Positions 34,013 to 35,215 of a stretch of DNA of 35,215 bases are shown piece by piece. The translations under genes and the position numbers were made by a program. The DNA lies in NCBI RefSeq assembly GCF_001194135.2, contig NC_068988.1:61288124-61323338 (forward strand), given 5' to 3'. Positions within the stretch are counted from its first letter, which is position 1. Every line of letters starts with the position of its first letter. The notes below the pieces were generated by a model, which was not told the DNA's origin, searched no databases, and saw only the letters and a list, made by a program, of their open reading frames with translations. Source of the DNA: Octopus bimaculoides (lineage: Eukaryota).

Positions 34013-35129
34013 ATTATTCCTACTGCGCTTGAACCCGTTTGGTTTATCTCTGCAAGACATATTTTTGCCCCCGTTATAAACGCTCTATATTCATCACATT
34101 AAAAAATAGCTCATTCTTAGTTATTACCATTTATTCTGTTTCGTAGTTCCTAGGATTAAAATATCATCTGCGAGGTTTGTACTGCCTTCTTACATAGAAA
34201 ATGTTCCATTGGTTTATCACGGCAACGCATATGGCATAACGTCCCTAACTCATACTCTGCAATCCTTCATGATCTTGTGCCTTGGAGTCATTATTCTCTT
34301 ACTCAAATTCTTACTCAAACCTACGATTTCCTGCAATCATTGTAATAGTTTCTAACGACGAAAAATATTAAAACAGTCTTTGTATGAGAACAGTAACATA
34401 TACTTCTTCACAAAACTCAATACAAAATTTCCACATATATACGACATATCATTATACGCTTTTCTCATGCAATAAGCACACAATGAAAAGCCATTAAACT
34501 GACGACACACCATACATTTTAAAAATATTTTAATACAGTTTAACATTCATAAAAGTCTATCCTAAATTCTGGGTTTTGTTTTCAAAGCTATAATATTGAT
34601 CCATCACAAATCGATACCTTGCTTTCTCTACAAAGTTGCACAATTTTTTATCAGTGTATGTTGTAAAGTCCCACTCGAGATCATACAACAACCAGAAGCT
34701 CACATTCTAAGATTTTAATTTCTTTCTCATGAACCAGTACTATATCGATTTTTCTACCCACTGGTCATCACATAGGTAATCTTACTTTCCTTCCATCATC
34801 CTGTATAACAACTGTACCTCCTCAATGAAATCCAAGACCGGTATTACACTGTCTGATATTTCGTCGCTATCTCTGAAGAACCCTCAAATATTCGCTGCTT
34901 CTATGCATTCCCGAACTTAAAGAAATTCATATATATATATATATAATCATAAATATACAGGGATTAGCATGAGTTGCTTCTCCAACATACTGAAAATTTA
35001 GAAATAGCAGTCAAAGAACTACTGATTCCAAACTACAATTTTTTTTCTTTAACGGATGGCGATATTTATGGCACACACAGAACAAAAAACAGAAGAGAAA
35101 AGCAGAAACAAACCTGCCTTTAGTTAATT

Positions 35130-35167
35130 GAGTACGACGTTTCACGGTTAAGACTATGAAGGTACTC
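35130..35167 (-). ncRNA. Degenerate hammerhead-ribozyme-like motif (HH-4)
   Basis: Minus strand GAGTAC-CTTCA-TAGTCTTAACCGT-GAAA-CG-TC-GTACTC. It has a perfect 6-bp stem I and the same GAAACGTC signature as HH-1, but the core is eroded (CTTCA for CTGATGA). Confidence 0.45.
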
Positions 35168-35215
35168 TATTCCGATCTTCAGCCCAATATTCAAATAAAT
35201 TTGAAAGTGTCTATA

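Noticed and set aside
34600-34920. Protein-looking frames suggesting a decayed LINE
   Set aside because: Multiple stops and no RT or endonuclease motif I could identify.

Overview
AT-rich, repeat-dense animal nuclear DNA, most likely from an octopus. This is inferred from octopod-like tRNA-derived SINEs, a mollusc-type cox1 fragment and very high microsatellite density. About 3.5 kb (~10%) is N gaps, mostly next to microsatellites. I can support no intact host protein-coding gene: the window looks intergenic or intronic, and most ORF-track entries are microsatellite or N artefacts. Supported content: (1) a ~99-bp mitochondrial cox1 insertion (NUMT); (2) two decayed Tc1/mariner transposon ends; (3) two 3' ends of R4/Dong-clade restriction-like-endonuclease LINEs ending in (TAA)n; (4) at least three tRNA-headed SINE families plus a related element without a tRNA head, several copies with target-site duplications; (5) two fold-back MITE-like hairpins; (6) a 308/523-bp tandem element whose missing segment reappears inverted upstream; (7) four minimal type I hammerhead-ribozyme-like motifs with self-complementary helix III, of the kind carried by Penelope-like retroelements. 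The hammerhead motifs are the most interesting signal. All alignments and folds were done by eye.
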